Assembly: GCA_964019425.1 (NCBI GenBank)
Contig: OZ025805.1
Location: 1-64,000, forward strand
DNA: 64,000 bases
Source: Flectonema sp. DT1601
Taxonomy: Eukaryota
Reading direction: 5' to 3'
The notes under the pieces were generated by a model, which made no database searches, was not told the origin of the DNA, and was given only the letters and a program-made list of their open reading frames with translations. The position numbers were made by a program, and so were the translations under genes. Shown piece after piece: positions 57,991 to 64,000 of the stretch (the first letter of the stretch is position 1; each line of letters begins with the position of its first letter).

Positions 57991-58558
57991 GAGATCCCTT
58001 TTTTTTTTTTTAAAAAATAATAATAAACCTCCTCCAGTTGCGCAATACCAAAAAAAATTGACAACGCAACGGATACAAAAACGATTCAAATAAAATAAAC
58101 ATCTTTTATTCTTTTATTACTAAAACAAGAGTAAGAAAAGCTTTTTTTTTTTTTTTTTTTTTGTCAAGACTGCCTTACAATATTTGATGCTCTCATTTTT
58201 TACAGATATCATCATCATCATTGTTATTATTATTATTTTTTTAAAAAAAATAAAAAAAAAAAAACTTACAATTTAAAACCACAAGATAGGATAGCTAGCG
58301 GTTATCTGTGTGTTTCAGTGGTACAAAAGAAATTCTCTTTATTTTATTTTTTTCAATTTAGTAGGGATGAGCATATCAAGCGGCTCTCATATTCTCTCAG
58401 GTGTGGCTACCATCTGAACAGTTGCTGACGTCAGACTCACACATTGTCATTCGCATCTCTCACTTCTTCAGGTGATGGCTCATCAGTTGTCTGTTTTTTT
58501 TTTTTTTGTTTTTTTTTGTTTAAATCTCATTAAAGTTGAAAAAAAACAACAATCTCAG

Positions 58559-59573
58559 TCACACCTGTTCTTTAATATCAAAGACGTCGAGTCCCTCTGA
58601 CGGGTCTTCAGGTTTTTGAGTACGAAGACGATCATTAAGTGCTTGAAGAGCAACTTGTCGTCTGCGATCAGACTCTGATGTGGGTGCAGTTCCAAAAAGA
58701 TTTTCTTCTTCAGCCTTACGAGCAGCTGCCTCTTCAGCTTCGATGAGATCTTTTCCAAATCCAGTGATGGAAACAGTTTTGAAAACAGCGTTTGCGATAC
58801 TTCCGACTACTGCCTTTGCTGGGTCGGGAAAGAATTCCTGAAATGCAAAAGTACTACTGGTGTCTCCAATCCCACCGTTAATCCGTTGGTAGAACCTTAA
58901 ATAAAACCACGACACAAACCACCCCAATAAGACATGCAATACGTGTGTTCCCCTTTGAGGAGCCCCACCAATTTCTGCATCCGTCGGTATGTGAGTTGGA
59001 AAAACCAACTCCCACAACAAACTAATAGTTACAAACAAAACAGGAATCCACTTTATACGAAGTGGTACCTGCGGTATTATGTTCGAGTCCGGGTTACCCT
59101 GTTTTACAGCCACGAAAAGGGCTGATACGGTACCCAGGGCTCCTCCAAAATACATATAGAATAAACCTTCAACACCTCCCATGTACATGAATAAAGTTAT
59201 TAAAAATAAACAAAAACTGCAAGCGGTGGTCACAATTAGAAGGAATCTAATCATTTCTCGTGTGCCCCACAATGGCTCAAGTTCTGATGAAGCCCATAGT
59301 GATACAGCAGCTGCGAAGATTCCAATTACAGGAGACGTTTCCACCACCCCGGTAGTTACTAAATTCCAAATATAAAGACTGCCAGTAATAGTACTGTTTT
59401 GGTGTGTGTGTTGTTGTGTGTTGTTGTGCGTTGTTGTGTTTTTTATTACCATTATTTTAAAACACATACTTAGCAGGTATCAAAGTATAAAATGAAATCA
59501 ACGATGGAACCGCCCAAGACAGCAGTGAAGTGGTTGCTATTACAACAGGTAGACCCTGCGCAACAGTCGCCAT
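58559..59573 (-). CDS. TMEM115: TMEM115-like rhomboid-superfamily membrane protein, two exons
   Basis: IWNLVT, LEPLWGTREMIRFL, VAVKQ, SWFYLRFYQ, GDTSSTFAFQEFFP and DRRRQVALQALNDRL. A 76-nt GTATGT...AACAG intron (59394-59469) restores the frame from the ATG at 59573. Confidence 0.88.
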
Positions 59574-59804
59574 TTTTTTTTTTTTTTTTTTTTTTTGACT
59601 TCAAAAAAAAAACCTGATGTAAGAAATGTCACGATAGAATTCATAAAAAAAACAACCACAAAATCTCTTACAGATGACAGGCGGCAGAAGCTACCTGAGA
59701 ATAGTTCTAAAAATTGTTATGGGATTGGTTACGAATATGTGTAAGTGAGGATTAGGTGTTTTGAGTACCAAATAAAAACCATTTTTAACAAAACAAAACA
59801 AAGC

Positions 59805-62800
59805 TCATCGATGATCTGCAACTGGAGGAAGAACAGTTTGTCGAACTTCCTTTTCAACAGGAAGGAGTAGAACGTATTTTGATGATCGAGACCCCCATCC
59901 AGATACCTTCGAACCCTTCACAGGAGGTATCAAATCAGAGAGACTACCTTTAAAGTATTCATCAATAAAGTTTGGAAGTGTTTGGGTTGATGATGTCCGA
60001 GCTCTGTCTGCAGACAAAGTGTAGTTCCGACCACGACTGACATCACACAAGAACGGCTGCGGAGGCAGCACCGCACTTGTCACAGGAGAAGCACAAACAT
60101 GAGTGTTTGCTACTAATAGCTGCATCCAGTTGTACCATTGAGTGTTTTTCTTCCCACAGTGTTTTTCTTTTTCCCAAGCACTGGGTTCAAAGTAATAAAA
60201 AGCACAGCGGTAGCGATACAGTTTCGCGGTTTCTAAAACCATCGATAATTGCTTCCCACGTTGCTCAACATTAATAGCTGAGATGGCAACGACTATAATC
60301 AAACTATGAAGTTTTATGTGTGAAGGATTAACGTCGTAAATATTACCGAGACCAGGTTCGATAGCTGAAATGGTTAACACCCCAGGAACTGATGTCTCTC
60401 TCGGAGTGTTTGGATTACTACCTTGACGAGACTGTCGATGAAGACGTCGATTCATAACCCGAGCAAGACGAGCCATAAAATCAGGTTCATGACTATTTCC
60501 CATTCCAGACCTCAACACGATAGTTGTTTGAATATAAGTAGTAACAGACATTGATAAGTGATATCCAACAATTAGTTCTATTTTTGAAATGTTAAAAACC
60601 ATCTCATCCTTAACAAGCTCTTCAATAGTTGGTGTGAACGGAGTACTACCCGACTGCAAGAAGAGATCATTGCTATGACAATCAGAAGGTCCTGAACACT
60701 CAGAATACTTCTCACAAATATCATTTGGTACTGAAATATACAACACTGCTCGGTGACGAACAATCTCAACTACGACACTCGTGACGGATATACTTCCCAA
60801 TGTCAGGGGATTTCGATAGCGAGAAGAGTCATCGCTGTTGGTGTGATTCTTCCAAAATGCTTCGACGGGTTTTTTTAAAAAGAAACCCTTTCCGGACCCA
60901 ACAGGAGGGACTAACGTGACTTTATAAACTCTCGTTGCGTCCACACCGCAAGGTGTTATTCTTCCTTGACATTGTGACATCAGCGTGAGGTATTCTGTGA
61001 CACTCTCCACAGATGGAATCTCATGAGTTGCAGTCCCTCCAGGAAGCAGTACTTTTACAACTGCAGTCCTCCTGGCACTGGAACCGTGAAAGTTAGCAGC
61101 AACACTCTTCCGAGGCAAGAATCCTCCAGCTTGATGTGAAACAATACTTCCTTTACTCTTCTGTTGTAGTGTTTCTGTTGTCTCAGTTGCCGCAGACATC
61201 GTATCTGCTGATGGATTTTGAGGTGAAACCAAAACTAAATAATCGATGTCTATACATGACCTGGCGAATTTCCATGGCTCACTCTGCAAAGCTTTCTGAA
61301 GTCGCATGTGTTCATGTTGACTGGTTAAGTCAAGTTGTCTGATGGCATGTTTTGCTCGTTTTATATCAACTACAGTCGGTTGTTCGTTTACTTGAAATCG
61401 TTGGTCTGTGGCGTGTGATTTAATCCCGTAGGTCTGAACCATTTCTGTGAAGATGTTTTTTATAACACCAGTGATAGTGATGTTTGATACCAATGGTGGT
61501 TGTATCTCTGCAATACTCTGTCTTTGACAACTATCAGTATCTTGTTCACGTAATGACTGAAGTAGTAATAAAGTCATCAATCCCTGTGGACGTTGTTCGT
61601 ACTTACTGACAGAGTAGTCGAACACTACTTCAGCTGATGATGTCGTTGATATTAATGAGAATCCGTTATCTTGACCTGGTTTTGGTGAGACTTCAACAAA
61701 CAAAGCTCTGCTTACTAAGGGACAGTCATAGTAACCAACTTGAACAGTTGGAATCAAATGAATAAGTTGTGTTAACGTCTCAAGTAACACAACAGAGTCG
61801 TGATGAGCTTTTAACGTTCTCATTGGATGAAGATATCGATGAACTGATCCCTCAGTACCCTGTTGTGAACTAACAGTCATTGACTTCTTTAACGTTGCTC
61901 TCAACCTTCCTCTTGGAGTTTGATTTGAATAAGCATTACCTGTGTGTGAAATGTTTGTTTGTTTGTTTTTATTTTTTGATACATTATTATTTCATATTAC
62001 ATTAAATTAATGAACATACCAAGAGTCTTCTTCGTCGGTACATACCCAGCCAATGATCCAGTTGCACCCCTACAGGCTACATACACAAATAAAAATTCAC
62101 TTTGTTGCCTCTCTTGCATAATTCTTTTTTGCTGATTAATCTGCAGTTTTACAGTGTCAGTTGGAAGTTTTTTTGGAGGGGGAGATTCCTGTTCGGTGGG
62201 TGGTACGAGAGTTGGACAATTCCAAAAGTAGGTAGACTCGTCAATGAGAGCCATGATGTTACTTTTTGTGGGTACTTTTGAGAGGTCCGTTGATCGTGGA
62301 TGCCAGCACTCGGTTATGAATCCTCGACTCCCAAGTAGTTTACATAATTCAAGTGATTCTGATGGGATGGCAGGTACTTCAGGAGTGTCAAGAGGATAGT
62401 CGTCAATTAATATTACGATTGCTCGCTTAGCTCTCCAATCTCTGAGACACCTTCTGCTCAATACAAAATTCCTGTGAAGAGGAATCACATGTCGGAATGC
62501 GAATTGAATCTTCCTGACCGCAGAAATAGTTCTCTCAGACTTATCAATCTTTTCTTCTTCAACTTTCCGAAGTTCCTCTTGTCGTGCCAATCTCGTCGCT
62601 TGTCTCTCCGCATATCTATAACGATATTGGTTGCCGTAGCACCACTCAATTCGTTTTTTTTCACACTTTTTACAGAGGCATCTCGGATCTATTAATCTAT
62701 CTAACATGTGTTCTTGTTCAACGTGATAAACATCAAATAGTTTTCGAAGGAAACTCGTAGCATCTTGAAGTTTTATTTCATACTTTTCTCCAGAACTCTT

Positions 62801-62815
62801 TTTTCGTTTACTCAT
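59805..62815 (-). CDS. Large hypothetical protein with IQ-like motif and a degenerate caspase-like region, two exons
   Basis: An 80-nt GTATGT...CACAG intron (61940-62019) joins ORFs 61997..62869 and 59805..61904 in frame. IQ-like VRKIQFAFR; caspase-fold-like AIVILIDDY, GF, PTKSNI and LFVYVACRG. Confidence 0.7.
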
Positions 62816-62906
62816 ATATAAGTAGTTCACTGACTGAGATGAAAATAATAAAAACAAACTTTTCAACAAAAAAAAACATCAAAAAGTAGAAAAAACCTCA
62901 ATTTAT

Positions 62907-64000
62907 TTACGCAGCTATAACCTTATCTGATATGAGTGAATCTATTTCACTTTCATTGAGTCCTAAAACATCTGTTAAAGTACTGCGTGTGTTCTGTGAG
63001 TATGTCGGAGCTGCTGTAAGTGTTTGCGAAGTATCACTCGATTCACAACTAGGAAACGATGCAGCAGACTGACGCAATCCTAGATACTCTCCTTCGGAAG
63101 ATCGAACAACAAGGTTACTAATCTCAGGAATAGTTGTGAAGACATCACCAACAGTGTTGATCGCACCAGCTGGAACAGATGCTGCTTGCAACTTAGAAAG
63201 CAGATCTGAACGCTCATATTTCTTAATAGCGGGGATCAGATGTGCTTTACATGATTCTCTGTTACGAACACGTTGAGGGTTAGTTTTGTGATCATCCAAG
63301 ACTGGTATTTGTAACGTTCTACAGAGCTCACTGTATTGTTTATCAGAACCAATTGCGAGAACAACTTGACTTCCTGTTTTCGTATCAAAAACAGTTCCAT
63401 AAGGACATATTGAAGGATGGTCTGATCCAATTCGTTTTGGTTCTACACCACAATGAAGATAGCTAGCTGCCTGGTTTGTCAATGCAGAGACTGCTGACTC
63501 AATTAGTGAAACTGAAACATGAGATCCCAAACCAGTACGCTCACGATTCCACAACGCAAGTAGAATAGCTTGTTTGAGCTGATGACTTGAGAGGACATCC
63601 ATTAAGGCTACTGGTATCTTTGTAGGTTGACCATCAGGATAGCCATTTAAGTATTGAAAACCAGATTCTGCCTGAACTACAGCATCATAACCTGCCCTGA
63701 ACGTATCCTCTCCGTATCCTGTGACACTCGCATACACAATCTTTTGGTTTACAGCTTTAAGAGACTCGTAGTCCATGAATAACTTTTTAGCATCACCAGG
63801 TTTATAACTCGTGATTACTACGTCTGCCTGACCAATCAATTTATTTATTAATTCTCGTCCCTTCTTATGTTTCGCGTTAACTGAAATACACTTCTTTCCC
63901 ATATTTACGGATGTGTAGTACGCAGATATCGATGACGTCGGATCTTCAGAGGGTAATTTCCACGTCCGCGTGACATCTCCTCCTCCCGTAGTACTTTCAA
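62907..64000 (-). CDS. CoA-transferase family III (CaiB/BaiF), 5' end outside the window
   Basis: GDVTRTW...SAYYTSVNMGKK, ADVVITSYKPG, SVTGYG, AGYDAVVQAESG and HPSICPYG. The frame is open to the window edge. Confidence 0.93.
   Translation of the reverse strand, partial: ESTTGGGDVTRTWKLPSEDPTSSISAYYTSVNMGKKCISVNAKHKKGRELINKLIGQADVVITSYKPGDAKKLFMDYESLKAVNQKIVYASVTGYGEDTFRAGYDAVVQAESGFQYLNGYPDGQPTKIPVALMDVLSSHQLKQAILLALWNRERTGLGSHVSVSLIESAVSALTNQAASYLHCGVEPKRIGSDHPSICPYGTVFDTKTGSQVVLAIGSDKQYSELCRTLQIPVLDDHKTNPQRVRNRESCKAHLIPAIKKYERSDLLSKLQAASVPAGAINTVGDVFTTIPEISNLVVRSSEGEYLGLRQSAASFPSCESSDTSQTLTAAPTYSQNTRSTLTDVLGLNESEIDSLISDKVIAA

Overview
Eukaryotic genomic DNA, most likely a euglenozoan of diplonemid type. 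This is an inference: every recognisable gene is on the minus strand, there are short GT-AG introns, and the retroelements resemble kinetoplastid ones. The first 20.8 kb is an almost perfect (GGGTTTGC)n satellite. At its edge, three related elements sit in the satellite at the same phase. The first is an apparently intact 5.4-kb VIPER/TATE-like tyrosine-recombinase retrotransposon (gag-like ORF, YR, RT/RNase H) with a canonical -1 frameshift cassette. The second is a 529-bp non-autonomous derivative made of its two UTRs joined by a G-quadruplex-like linker. The third is a diverged 468-bp relative. Further on are a P-loop NTPase + nuclease-like gene and a degenerate Penelope-like retroelement with a Josephin-like protease domain and hammerhead-like repeats. 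These are followed by a large secreted repeat protein, a Ubl-LRR pseudogene hit twice by an HDV-ribozyme-headed SINE, and three tandem SDR genes. The window ends with housekeeping-type genes (Rab1-like, SAM, TMEM115, IQ/caspase-like, CoA-transferase III). All family assignments come from motif reading, not database searches.
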